A stretch of DNA of 64,000 nucleotides. Source: Myxococcales bacterium. Its GTDB lineage: Bacteria; Myxococcota_A; Polyangia; Polyangiales; Polyangiaceae. The position numbers and the translations under genes were made by a program. Below the pieces are notes generated by a model. The model made no database searches. It was not told the origin of the DNA and saw only the letters and a list, made by a program, of their open reading frames with translations. The stretch spans positions 64,001 to 128,000 of the forward strand of contig JAYTOU010000060.1 of NCBI GenBank assembly GCA_043747615.1, written 5' to 3'. Shown here one piece after another: positions 29,609 to 38,870 of the stretch (its first letter is position 1; every line of letters begins with the position of its first letter).

Positions 29609-30688
29609 ATGAGACGAATCGTCGTTGGCCTTGGATTCATGATTGCCGGCTGCAGCGCCGTACCGGGTGCGACGTCCGAAATGGACGCGGGGCGCGACTT
29701 CATGAGGCAGCCCGCGCTCGTGACAGACGCAGCGGTGACGACGACCGGGCCCCTGTCGTTATCCGATACCGGTCTCTACTCGGATTTCGCGTCGCGCACC
29801 CTCGCGCCCCGCATCATCCCCTTCGCGCCGAAGTACCCATTCTGGGCCGACGGCGCCGAGAAGAACCGCTTTCTCCTTTTACCCGCGGGCTCGCAAATCA
29901 ACACGAGCAACATGGACTTCTGGTCGTTCCCGATTGGAACGAAAGTCTGGAAGGAGTTCCGCGTCGGCGGAAAACTGATTGAAACGCGCCTGCTCTGGAA
30001 GCAGCTAGACTCCGGACCGTCGGGTTGGTGGATGGTCTCCTACGTCTGGGCACCCGACGGCAGCGCGGCGACAGCCACTCCCGGAGGCGTATCCAACGCG
30101 CTCGGAACGACGCACGACGTCCCCTCGCAACAAGATTGCCTGAAGTGCCACGGCAACGCGGGCGACGTGGTCATCGGCGTGAGCGCGATTCAGCTCTCGG
30201 CAACGGTTGCCGCGACGGGTGTCGATGCAGGAGCGGACGCGGGCGGCGCAGATGGCGGCGTCGCGACCGGAACGCTGACGAAGCTTGGCGCGATGGGCCT
30301 CCTCACGGTAGCGCCCGCTTCGGAGTTTCAGGTGCCCGGTTCGGGAAACGTCCAGGCGGCGCTCGGCTACCTTCATGGAAACTGTGGGCACTGTCACAAC
30401 GATGAGAGCGCGCTCTCGCTGCAAAGTGCATTGCGTCTGCGGCTGAGCACAACGAACACGACCCCCGAGCAGACGCCGACGTACAAGACGGCGTTCGGCT
30501 TGAAAACACGGCATGTCGTGCCACCGAACGTCGACACGGCGATCGTTCCCGGCTTCCCCGACAAGAGTCAGCTCTACGTTCGGGCCGACCGCCGCGACAG
30601 CTGGGGAATGCCACCGCTCGGCACCAAAGTGGTGGACCCGGTCGGCAGCGTGCAGATCTACGACTGGATTCTCAACCTTCCGCACTGA
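29609..30688 (+). CDS. Diheme c-type cytochrome lipoprotein (SO2930-like)
   Basis: Lipobox IAGC; LSDTGLY, P.YPFWADGAEK.R, FPIGT..KEF, IETRLL; heme motifs CLKCH and CGHCH; MPPLG. Confidence 0.8.
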   Translation: MRRIVVGLGFMIAGCSAVPGATSEMDAGRDFMRQPALVTDAAVTTTGPLSLSDTGLYSDFASRTLAPRIIPFAPKYPFWADGAEKNRFLLLPAGSQINTSNMDFWSFPIGTKVWKEFRVGGKLIETRLLWKQLDSGPSGWWMVSYVWAPDGSAATATPGGVSNALGTTHDVPSQQDCLKCHGNAGDVVIGVSAIQLSATVAATGVDAGADAGGADGGVATGTLTKLGAMGLLTVAPASEFQVPGSGNVQAALGYLHGNCGHCHNDESALSLQSALRLRLSTTNTTPEQTPTYKTAFGLKTRHVVPPNVDTAIVPGFPDKSQLYVRADRRDSWGMPPLGTKVVDPVGSVQIYDWILNLPH

Positions 30689-30784
30689 GGCCAGGCCTAA
30701 CGTCACAGACGGCCTAACGTCGGCGGGCGCGATCACGAATGCCGCGTTGGCAATCGCATCGCGCCCGTTCCAGACACGGACTTT

Positions 30785-31054
30785 TCAAGCGCGCGAGAGA
30801 CGCGAGCTGCCGCCCATGAACGCGTGCTTCAGGCCGAGAACTACGACCGCGCCGATTGTCGCGACGATCAAGCTCCAGATGTTGAAGCCGTCGACACCCG
30901 TCGCGCCAACGAGATTGAAGAGGAACCCGCCGACGACTGCGCCGACGATGCCGAGCACGATGTCGATGAGGCTCCCCTCACCGCTGCCATTCACGATCTT
31001 GCTCGAAATGAACCCTGCGACGAGACCGAGAACTATCCAGGCAATGATTGACAT
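30785..31054 (-). CDS. GlsB/YeaQ/YmgE stress-response membrane protein
   Basis: MSIIAWIVLGLVAGFI..KI, DIVLGIVGAVVGG.LF, SLIVATIGAVVVL. Confidence 0.92.
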   Translation of the reverse strand: MSIIAWIVLGLVAGFISSKIVNGSGEGSLIDIVLGIVGAVVGGFLFNLVGATGVDGFNIWSLIVATIGAVVVLGLKHAFMGGSSRLSRA

Positions 31055-31101
31055 GGCTTCGTACCTTTCGTTGATTGGGTGCGTCGTGTGCTCCTTGTCG
31101 G

Positions 31102-31117
31102 AGCAAAGGGCGCGCCA
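31102..31117 (-). promoter_or_regulatory. sigma54 promoter for the glsB-like gene
   Basis: Minus strand TGGCGCGCCCTTTGCT, close to consensus TGGCACG-N4-TTGCW. Confidence 0.65.
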
Positions 31118-31413
31118 CCGCGTCGGCCGAGAGTCATATTGAAAATTCGCGACGGAACCGCGCGGTCAACTTACGCGTGAGACGTACGGCGTAGCGGATT
31201 GCCACCACTAGGGTCGTTCGCTCGCGCGCATGAACTCTTCCGTCAGTGAATCGTTCGTGCGCGTCAGCGAACCGTTCGCGCGAATGGCCCAGCTACGCGG
31301 CTCAAGAGTGGCTGCGAAATCGACACGTCGAGGCGCGCGTAGCAAGTTGCCCCGATGTGCGCGTGAGCCCCACACAAAACTCATTTGTCGGCCGCACTGT
31401 CGCGTATTTCGAA

Positions 31414-31429
31414 TGGCATACCTCTGGCA
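31414..31429 (+). promoter_or_regulatory. sigma54-like promoter for the stress operon
   Basis: TGGCATACCTCTGGCA, GG-N10-GC; RBS GGAGG before ATG 31497. Confidence 0.55.
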
Positions 31430-31496
31430 AACGACCGACTTCGCTCGACGACAACCTCGATGAACGAGGCTCCCCAAACGAGCGGAGGGTTCACAA

Positions 31497-32126
31497 ATGA
31501 CCGAGGTCACCAAAAATCAATTCTCTGATGGAAAAGCAAAGACGTCGTCGAACATGGCGACTACCGAGACGTCGGCGACCTCGAAGGATTCCGCGGCGAG
31601 CCCGTCTACTGTTCTCGAGCAGGCGAAGACCGTAGCCTCCAACGTTGCCGGACAGGCCAAAGACCTGATCACGCACAGCGTTGGCGATCAGCAGGAGAAA
31701 TCTGCGGGCGATCTCGGCAATGTCGCAAAGGCCCTTCGCCAGACGAGCAAGCAGCTCGACGGAAACATGGCTTCGCCGTACGTCGGCCAGGTTGCGGATC
31801 AGGTCGATCGCGCGGCCGAGTTCCTTCGCACCGCGGACGTGAAGAAGATCGTCGGCGGGGTCGAGAGCTTCGCGCGACGCGAGCCCCTCCTCTTCCTCGG
31901 GGGCGCTTTTGCTCTCGGCATTCTCAGCGCGCGGTTTCTGAAGAGCTCGTCGCACCACGACAAGTCGATGTCGTCATCCTCGCCTTCGCAGGCGATGGCC
32001 GGCATGCAGCGCTCGCCGAACATGCAGCACTCGACGGACATGGATCACTCGCCGACCTCGCCCCCGGGCATGCCGAGCATGAAGAGCAGCATGGGCACTA
32101 ACCCCCGGTCCACCGGTCAGCGGTGA
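31497..32126 (+). CDS. General-stress-type hypothetical protein (helical, C-terminal membrane anchor)
   Basis: VESFARREPLLFLGGAFALGILSARFLKSS, typical of genes preceding holin-X/DUF3618 pairs. Confidence 0.72.
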   Translation: MTEVTKNQFSDGKAKTSSNMATTETSATSKDSAASPSTVLEQAKTVASNVAGQAKDLITHSVGDQQEKSAGDLGNVAKALRQTSKQLDGNMASPYVGQVADQVDRAAEFLRTADVKKIVGGVESFARREPLLFLGGAFALGILSARFLKSSSHHDKSMSSSSPSQAMAGMQRSPNMQHSTDMDHSPTSPPGMPSMKSSMGTNPRSTGQR

Positions 32127-32518
32127 TGCAGTCGGATCCTCGGCAGCGATCGGTGGGAGAGCTCTTGGCAGAGCTTGCGGGCGAGACGACAACGCTCGTA
32201 CGTGCGGAGGTGAAGCTCGCGACGACGGAGATGACCCAAAAGGCGACTGACGCTGGCAAGCAAGCCGCCGTCGTCGCCGCCGGGTCGCTCCTTGGAGCGG
32301 TGAGCCTTCTGATTCTCCTTTCCGCGCTCGTCCTCGGGCTGGGCACGGTGATTCCCCTCTGGGCATCCGCGCTGCTCGTCGGCGCTGTAGTCGGCGTCGT
32401 TGCGTTCATCGTCATCCAGGTCGGGCTCACGGCGCTCAAGCGCGTGGACCCCACCCCGAAGCAAACGATTAAGAGTCTCCAGGAGAACAGGCAATGGATT
32501 CAGGAACAAATCCGATGA
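32123..32518 (+). CDS. Holin-X (YqjE-like) phage-holin-family membrane protein
   Basis: RSVGELL.EL....TTLVRAEVKLA..E, two TM helices, P.P.QTI.SL.E. Confidence 0.85.
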   Translation: MMQSDPRQRSVGELLAELAGETTTLVRAEVKLATTEMTQKATDAGKQAAVVAAGSLLGAVSLLILLSALVLGLGTVIPLWASALLVGAVVGVVAFIVIQVGLTALKRVDPTPKQTIKSLQENRQWIQEQIR

Positions 32519-33645
32519 AGGACAAGAATGGCTCGGACGCTCTCGACAAGAGCGGGTCGCACAAAGAAACGAACGAGATCCACGCAAGCATCGCTCAGAC
32601 GCGGGCCGAGATGAGCGGGACCATCGACGAGCTGCACGGCAGGCTCAATCCGGCGGTGTTGAAGGAGCAGGCGCTTGAGCAGTTCTACGAGGCGAAGGCT
32701 TCGATCAAGGCGGAAGTCACTTCCGAATTCAACGAAGCGAAGAGCGCGCTCAAAGCGGAGCTCAATGATGTCACCTCGTCGCTCAAGGCTGAAGTCAAGG
32801 CCGAGCTCGAGCAAGCCAAAGCAATCTTGAAACAAGAACTCAGCGACACGAAAGCAGCCGTGCGTGAGGCAACCATTGGAAAGGTCGAGCACATGGTCCA
32901 CAGCGCAAAAGAGACGGTCACCGATACGGGCAGCTCCTTCGTCGACACGATCAAAGCGAACCCGATTCCCGCGGCGCTCGCCGGAGTCGGGCTTGCGTGG
33001 CTCTTCATGAACATGCGCGCGACATCGCAGCAGAAGAGCGCGGGCACTTTCCGCGGCCGTGGCGACCACCGCCCCATCGGGGTCTACGGCCATGACGAGT
33101 CCGGTCCCGTCGGTCGCGCGATGCATCAACTCGGCGAAAAGGCCGGGCACGTTGCGCAGGCGGTCCAGCGCACCGCCGGTAACGTCGCTCACCAGGCGAG
33201 CGATTTGGCGCAGAAAACACAGACCTCGGTCGGAGCGATGGCGCACGACGCGCAAGAGTCTGTCACCCATCTCGCGCACGATGCGCAAGCGTCGGTCGGG
33301 CAGTACGCCCATGACGCGCAAGCTACTGCAAGTCAGTTTGCGCAGCAGGCGCAGCGCCAGGCTCGCCAGGTAGGGACGCGCTTCGAGACGACGTTGCACG
33401 ACAATCCTCTCGCGGTCGGCGCCGTGGTGCTTGCGATCGGTACGGCGGTCGGTCTCGCGATTCCCACCACTCGTCGCGAAGACAAGTGGATGGGCGCAGC
33501 CCGAGACGACGTCATGGGCAAGGCGGAAGAGCTCGCCCACGGCGCCCTCGGTCAGGTCGAGGAAGCGGTCAAGCACCTCGGCGAGGACATGAGCAAGTCG
33601 CTGAAAAGCAACGGTACGAAGCTCCCGGCGGCGGTGCATTCGTGA
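32515..33645 (+). CDS. DUF3618 domain protein
   Basis: EI.ASI.QTRAEMSGTIDEL..RLNP; NPIPAALAG.G; NPLAVGA...G.AIP.TRRED.WMG; 11-mer AHDAQ repeats. Confidence 0.82.
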   Translation: MKDKNGSDALDKSGSHKETNEIHASIAQTRAEMSGTIDELHGRLNPAVLKEQALEQFYEAKASIKAEVTSEFNEAKSALKAELNDVTSSLKAEVKAELEQAKAILKQELSDTKAAVREATIGKVEHMVHSAKETVTDTGSSFVDTIKANPIPAALAGVGLAWLFMNMRATSQQKSAGTFRGRGDHRPIGVYGHDESGPVGRAMHQLGEKAGHVAQAVQRTAGNVAHQASDLAQKTQTSVGAMAHDAQESVTHLAHDAQASVGQYAHDAQATASQFAQQAQRQARQVGTRFETTLHDNPLAVGAVVLAIGTAVGLAIPTTRREDKWMGAARDDVMGKAEELAHGALGQVEEAVKHLGEDMSKSLKSNGTKLPAAVHS

Positions 33646-33770
33646 AGACCGCCGAACTGCTCGAAAAGCAGCACCGAAAGGTCGAGGGACTCTTCGCGAA
33701 GCTCTAGAGCGGTTCGGGTAACGCATCCGAGCTCGTCATTCACATTGAACAAAAGGAGAACCATGAATAA
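33642..33770 (+). pseudogene. Hemerythrin-domain relic
   Basis: GTG overlaps the upstream stop; VKTAELLEKQHRKVEGLFAKL*SGSGNASELVIHIEQ resembles a hemerythrin N-terminus with an in-frame TAG, then truncates. Confidence 0.6.
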
Positions 33771-34395
33771 GCAACTTGCCATTCTCAGTACTGCACTTTT
33801 CGTCGCCGCATGCGGCGGCTCGAACAGCCCTGCTCAAGATCCGTCGTCACCCAGCACGACATCAGCCTCCGTCGACAACACGGCTATGTATCCCGCGATG
33901 TCTAACCCGACTCCCGCCCCGGCCGCTCCCACCCAGACCTCGTCACCGACGATGGCGGCGACCCCGACCACCCAGCCCTCCCAGCCGAAAGATGATTCGA
34001 ACAAGAATGCGGCCATGTCTGGCTCCATGTCTGGCAATGGCTCTCCCACCGCGGCCGCTACCGTGGGGGTCAACCAAAACCCGGGCGTCGCCGACGGAAC
34101 GAAGAACGCAGACAACACGAAGATCAACGACCGCGATCGTCACGGCGCGCTGACGCCGATGGACCAAGGCGGCAGCGAAGCAGAGCGAAACATCACCGCT
34201 TCGATCCGTAAAGGCGTCGTGGGCGACAAGTCGCTCTCGTTCACCGCCAAGAACGTGAAGATCATCACCAACGGCACGAAGGTCACCCTTCGCGGGGCGG
34301 TGAAGACCGATCAAGAAAGGTCTGCCATCGAGCTTCGCGCAAAGCAGACCGCAGGCGTCACCGACGTGGACAACCAAATTGAAGTGAAGAAGTAA
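33763..34395 (+). CDS. BON-domain (OsmY-like) lipoprotein
   Basis: RBS AAGGAG; lipobox VAAC; ADNTKINDRDR..LTPMDQG; LSFTAKNVKIIT..VTLRG.V; DVDNQIEV. Confidence 0.9.
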   Translation: MNKQLAILSTALFVAACGGSNSPAQDPSSPSTTSASVDNTAMYPAMSNPTPAPAAPTQTSSPTMAATPTTQPSQPKDDSNKNAAMSGSMSGNGSPTAAATVGVNQNPGVADGTKNADNTKINDRDRHGALTPMDQGGSEAERNITASIRKGVVGDKSLSFTAKNVKIITNGTKVTLRGAVKTDQERSAIELRAKQTAGVTDVDNQIEVKK

Positions 34396-34429
34396 ACGTA
34401 GTTCGATTTACGAACGAAAGAGGAACGTC

Positions 34430-34978
34430 ATGAAAAAAGCAGTCATGTGTATTGTGCAGAACCGCAGCGAAGCCGAGGGGATCGTCGGTCAGCTTCAGAG
34501 CGCCGGGTTTTCGAACAACGACATCTCCGTTCTCTTCCCGAACAAGGAAGGCACGAAAGACTTCGCCCATGAGCACAACACCAAGGCGCCCGAAGGCGCG
34601 GTCGCTGGCGCTGGAGCCGGCGGTGCCGTTGGCGGAACCCTTGGTCTGCTCGCCGGCATTGGGGCTCTCGCGATTCCGGGCTTTGGTCCGTTCATCGCGG
34701 CCGGTCCACTGCTTGCGGCGTTGAGCGGGGCGGCGGCGGGCGCTGCGGTCGGCGGCGTGGCTGGCGCGCTCGTGGGGATGGGTATCCCGGAGATCGAGGC
34801 CAAGCGCTACGAAGGAAAAATCAAGGGCGGCAATATCTTGATCTCGGTCCACGCCGAAACGAGCGATGAGCAGAAGCGCGCTGAACACGTCTTCAAGACT
34901 GCGCGCGCGGAAGACATCTGCTCAGCGACCGAATCAAGCGTGCCGAAGGGTGACAACAGGCCGCACAGCGTCGTCTGA
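34430..34978 (+). CDS. General stress protein (17M-like/DUF3341-type, Gly-zipper)
   Basis: L..AGF...DISVL, TKAPEGA, GLLAGIGALAIPG.GPFIAAGP, MGIPE.EAKRYE.KIK.G.ILISVH. Confidence 0.85.
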   Translation: MKKAVMCIVQNRSEAEGIVGQLQSAGFSNNDISVLFPNKEGTKDFAHEHNTKAPEGAVAGAGAGGAVGGTLGLLAGIGALAIPGFGPFIAAGPLLAALSGAAAGAAVGGVAGALVGMGIPEIEAKRYEGKIKGGNILISVHAETSDEQKRAEHVFKTARAEDICSATESSVPKGDNRPHSVV

Positions 34979-35001
34979 GGACCATCGGTTGATGGGGGAA
35001 C

Positions 35002-35039
35002 TGGTCGCAGCCTTCGGGTCGCGGCCATTCCTTTTTTTT
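35002..35039 (+). terminator. Intrinsic terminator of the stress operon
   Basis: TGGTCGCAGCC-TTCG-GGTCGCGGCCA then TTCCTTTTTTTT. Confidence 0.8.
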
Positions 35040-35259
35040 GTCGCTCCAAATTGTGCCTGGCGACCATCGTCGGCGCATCCTCATTCGTCGTCACCGCTTT
35101 GGCGGCCATCGTTCATTTCGTTTCAGGGAGCTGACCCAGGTGCGCTCCGGGATGGCTAATCGCCACGCCGAGCGTAGACGCACGGTCGTTGGCGTAGGAG
35201 ACCCAGCTAAACCGGCGGGATAACACGGCGCGGTAGTGGGACCCAAACTTGCTTAGAGC

Positions 35260-36636
35260 GTGACGATGGATCACTACGCGGCATTCTTCCAGTCCGTGCT
35301 TCACCCCGCCTGGGAGACGTACTTCCGAAAACGCCCCACCCTGCCGCACCTCGCGACACTCCGGCGAACGCAGTGGCTGTCTCTAGACGAACTCACGGCG
35401 TTCCAAATGCGCGAGCTCTCGAAGCTGCTTCGGCATGCGCAGGAGAACGTCCCCTACTACCGCCAGACCATGGGCCGTGCGGGCGTCGCTGCGTCGGACT
35501 TCCGAGCTCCGGACGACATCCGAAAGCTTCCACTGTTGTCTCGGGACCTCGCTCGCGAAACGGTCCAAGCGCGAACGGCAGTCGCGCCGCCGTTTCCGGC
35601 CATCCTCAAGACGACCAGCGGCAGCTCGGGCAACCCGCTCGCGTTTGCCTACGACGCGGGCAGCGAATCCTGGCGTCAAGCAGTCAAGCTACGAGGCTAC
35701 GAATGGGCAGGGTATCGCCCGGGGGATCGGGTACTTCACTATTGGGGGCCGCCCCCTCGTCCGCAACCGCCGCTCGCCAAGCGGCTGAAAGTGGCAGTCG
35801 ATCGTGCCATTCGGCGCGAGCACTACCTCGATTGCGTGTCCCAGGACGAAGCGCATCTTTTGGACGCCGTAAAGATGATCCAAACCCGGCGCCCGAAGGT
35901 CATTGTTTGCTACGCTCAATCGGGAGCCGCCCTCGCGCGGTTTGTCGTCGACCGCGGGCTTCGGGACTGGAAGAAGATTCCTGTCATCTGCGGCGCTGAG
36001 CCGCTCTTTTCGCACGACCGTGCCATCATGGAGCGCGCATTTGGGCCTGCTGTTTTCGATACCTACGGCTGCCGCGAGACGATGCTCATCGCCACCGAAT
36101 GCGCGGCGCACGACGGCCTCCACATGTCGATGGAGAATATCCTGGTGGAGATTCTAGTCATCGGTCGTGACGGCTCGGAGCGCCCCGCCAAACCTGGCGA
36201 AGTAGGCAATGTAGTGATTACTGATCTTCATAACCTCGGCCAACCATTGATCCGTTATGTCAATGGTGATCTCGCTGTCGCCGGAGACAACGGACTCTGC
36301 GGCTGCGGGCGCGCCATTCCGCGGATAGCGTCCGTAGATGGGCGGGTCACCGAGGCCCTCACCGACGGTAAAGGCGGCCGCGTGCAAGGCATGTACTTCT
36401 GCACGATCATGGTCCCGCTAGCGCACGCAATCCGGCGGTATCAGGCCACGCAACACAAGGATCGGGCGATTACCTTGCAGATCGTTCCGACGGACGAATA
36501 CGGAACGGACACCGCCCGAATTCTCCGCGACAACATCAGCCGCGCAATACCGGGCGTGCCACTGAAGATCGAGCTCGTGGACTCCATCGCGTCCGGCGCG
36601 TCGGGCAAAGCGCGCTCCGTGGTCGTCGAGCACTGA
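35260..36636 (+). CDS. Phenylacetate-CoA ligase family (CapK-like) adenylate-forming enzyme
   Basis: HAQENVPYY, TTSGSSGNP, DTYGCRE, ITDLHN..QPLIRY.NGD, C.CGR, VDGR, SGK. Confidence 0.88.
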   Translation: MTMDHYAAFFQSVLHPAWETYFRKRPTLPHLATLRRTQWLSLDELTAFQMRELSKLLRHAQENVPYYRQTMGRAGVAASDFRAPDDIRKLPLLSRDLARETVQARTAVAPPFPAILKTTSGSSGNPLAFAYDAGSESWRQAVKLRGYEWAGYRPGDRVLHYWGPPPRPQPPLAKRLKVAVDRAIRREHYLDCVSQDEAHLLDAVKMIQTRRPKVIVCYAQSGAALARFVVDRGLRDWKKIPVICGAEPLFSHDRAIMERAFGPAVFDTYGCRETMLIATECAAHDGLHMSMENILVEILVIGRDGSERPAKPGEVGNVVITDLHNLGQPLIRYVNGDLAVAGDNGLCGCGRAIPRIASVDGRVTEALTDGKGGRVQGMYFCTIMVPLAHAIRRYQATQHKDRAITLQIVPTDEYGTDTARILRDNISRAIPGVPLKIELVDSIASGASGKARSVVVEH

Positions 36637-36725
36637 CGTGCACTGAGGCGCTGCATCTTGCCTCGCCGTGCGCATCGGCCTCTCCCAAGAAAGGCGAAAG
36701 AGCCATTTTCCGCGCGCGCATCCTG

Positions 36726-36741
36726 TGGCACGCATTTGGCA
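36726..36741 (+). promoter_or_regulatory. sigma54 promoter upstream of the small ORF
   Basis: TGGCACGCATTTGGCA: consensus -24 element, GG-N10-GC. Confidence 0.62.
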
Positions 36742-36809
36742 GATGATTCTTATAGCCGACCGACACAGCGGTTCGACGGACGAAGCTCACTCTCACAAAG
36801 GAGAACATC

Positions 36810-36887
36810 ATGAAATACGGAATCGCATGGCTCCTCGGCGTGCCCCCCATCTTCCTCCTCGGCTGGTACGTTCTAAGTCACTGCTGA
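36810..36887 (+). CDS. 25-aa single-TM small protein MKYGIAWLLGVPPIFLLGWYVLSHC
   Basis: Below the ORF-track cut-off; strong RBS AAAGGAGAA, upstream sigma54 motif, hydrophobic WLLGVP core. Confidence 0.7.
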   Translation: MKYGIAWLLGVPPIFLLGWYVLSHC

Positions 36888-36892
36888 GCAGC

Positions 36893-38611
36893 GTGACTTT
36901 GAAGGCGGACCCCGCCGCCACGACGCTCTCCGCGTTGCTTCTCGCGGCCTCGCTCACTGCGTGCGCAGCTCCCGCCAAGCTCGCCGAGCTCGTTGTGCGC
37001 GGTGATTCGCGTGAGATCTCGATCCGCGTAAAGGGTGCTCCACCAAATTCGCCCGGCAAGCCTGCAGTGCTCTTCCTTGCTTTGGACGGTGTCGACCGCA
37101 CAATCATGTACGACATGCTCCGCAAAGGCGAGATGCCAAATCTGGCGTTTCTCTTAGGCGGCCAAGACCACGGTCGCTTTCCTCACGCTTACTTTGAACC
37201 GTCGTTCATCTCTACCCTTCCGTCTTCGACGATGACTGCGTGGGCGACCGCGATGACCGGCGTCGTCCCAGCGCGGCACGGCGTAGCGGGGAACGAGTTT
37301 TTCACTCGCGAGTCGCGCCGTCTCGGGGCCCCGGCTCCCGTCAGCTTTCCCGATTCTAAACCTAGCCTCGCGATCTATACCGACGGCTACTTGAACAGCC
37401 TCGTAAAGGCGCCAACCGTCTACGAGCGGATGCGGGCCACTGATCCGAACGTGCTCATCTGGGTCGCGATGCACCAGATCTTCGCGGGCGCCGACCGCCT
37501 ACTCCTGGCGCGACCGACCGTCATCGCAACCGCTTTCGAAGAGTTCGTCGGTGAGCACTTGGAGCAAGCCGCAAGGGCAGGCAAGAAGACGCAGTCGCGC
37601 AAGCTCTACGAAAAAATCGACAACGACGTGATCGATGTCGTGAAAGACGCCCTCGAAAAAGGTCCGCTGCCCGACGTGCTGACGGTCTACCTCTCCGGAA
37701 CGGATCTTTATGCGCACATTGCCGAGGAAGGACCCGAGCCTGCGCGGCGCGTGTACCTCCGTGAGGTCGTCGACCCGGCCATCGGCAGACTGACCGCCGC
37801 CCTGCGCGCACGCGACGCGCTCAAGGATCGTTACGTCGTTCTCACTTCGGATCACGGCCACACCCAGGTGGTCTACGACGACGCTCATGCAATCTCGACG
37901 ACCTCTGACAACGGATTGCCCGCGCTCATGAAGAAGGCGGGTTACCGTGTCCGTCCTTTCAAAATGGACGTGTCCGAGAAGGACGATTTCAGCGCCGTCC
38001 TCACCGAGGGCGGAGCGATGGCCTACCTTTACGTCGCCGACCGATCGACGTGCGCGAAGGCGAAAGACGTATGCGATTGGACCAAGGCGCCGCGCTTCGA
38101 AGAAGACGTCGTCCCGTTGGCCGAGGCGCTCTACACGAACAACAAGGACGGAGCGTTGTCGCCGAGCATGAAAGAGACGCTCGATCTGATTCTGACGCGA
38201 CGCCCAAAGCCTCACGACGAAGACGATCTTCCCTTCGAGGTCTACGTCGGTGCTGGAAAAACGGTCCCCGTCGACGAGTACCTCAAGGAGCACCCGCACT
38301 CGACGTACGTCGAGGTGCAGTCACGCCTTCGTGATCTCGCGGTCGGTCCGTACGGCGAGCACGCAGGAGACATCCTCCTCCTTGCGCACAACGGCGATCG
38401 CGCCACGCCGGCGGAGCGATTCTACTTCGCGGCACGCTACCATTCGTGGCACGGCAGCCCCTCGCGGACGGACTCCGACATCCCGCTCATCGTCGCCCAC
38501 CCGAATCAAACGAGTGAGGCCTTGCAAGTGCGCGTGTCGCACGTGCTCGGCGACGAGCCGCGTCAACAGAAGGTCACCGATCTTCTTCTCGAGCTCCGGT
38601 CCGGCAAGTGA
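36893..38611 (+). CDS. Alkaline phosphatase/nucleotide pyrophosphatase superfamily lipoprotein
   Basis: Lipobox LTAC; LALDGV, STLPSST, Y.SGTDLYAH, TSDHGH, HSWHGSP. Start approximate. Confidence 0.85.
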   Translation: MTLKADPAATTLSALLLAASLTACAAPAKLAELVVRGDSREISIRVKGAPPNSPGKPAVLFLALDGVDRTIMYDMLRKGEMPNLAFLLGGQDHGRFPHAYFEPSFISTLPSSTMTAWATAMTGVVPARHGVAGNEFFTRESRRLGAPAPVSFPDSKPSLAIYTDGYLNSLVKAPTVYERMRATDPNVLIWVAMHQIFAGADRLLLARPTVIATAFEEFVGEHLEQAARAGKKTQSRKLYEKIDNDVIDVVKDALEKGPLPDVLTVYLSGTDLYAHIAEEGPEPARRVYLREVVDPAIGRLTAALRARDALKDRYVVLTSDHGHTQVVYDDAHAISTTSDNGLPALMKKAGYRVRPFKMDVSEKDDFSAVLTEGGAMAYLYVADRSTCAKAKDVCDWTKAPRFEEDVVPLAEALYTNNKDGALSPSMKETLDLILTRRPKPHDEDDLPFEVYVGAGKTVPVDEYLKEHPHSTYVEVQSRLRDLAVGPYGEHAGDILLLAHNGDRATPAERFYFAARYHSWHGSPSRTDSDIPLIVAHPNQTSEALQVRVSHVLGDEPRQQKVTDLLLELRSGK

Positions 38612-38870
38612 CCGGTGTACTCTGCAACATCGGCTCGCACGTCGGGTTCGTCATCGACCACCAGGACGGCTAATTCGCGCAGAACGTGGAAAACGACGAC
38701 AGCAGGGCCCCGCCCCGGCCACGCGAGTTCGCGGCCGAGGAACCCCGTGCTTCGTGAGGCATGACGCCACGTGTGACGAAATTGCGGCTCATCGCGCAGG
38801 TGCGAACGGCATTTATTGCGGTCGAAAGGAAGAGTGTGCACTTGGCCCAACCCCTGCATGCGCGGCGCCC

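Noticed and set aside
30694..30721. GGCCTAACGTC direct repeat between convergent genes
   Set aside because: Two short copies with no supporting context.
32123..32518. Prophage lysis gene
   Set aside because: Holin-X occurs in stress operons with DUF3618; no phage genes nearby.
35140..35260. Group IIC intron 5' end (GTGCG after a terminator)
   Set aside because: About 100 bp from the terminator; no intron-encoded protein or domain V seen.
36668..36892. N-terminal extension of the phosphodiesterase ORF
   Set aside because: Overlaps a promoter motif and the small ORF; the lipobox implies a start near 36893.
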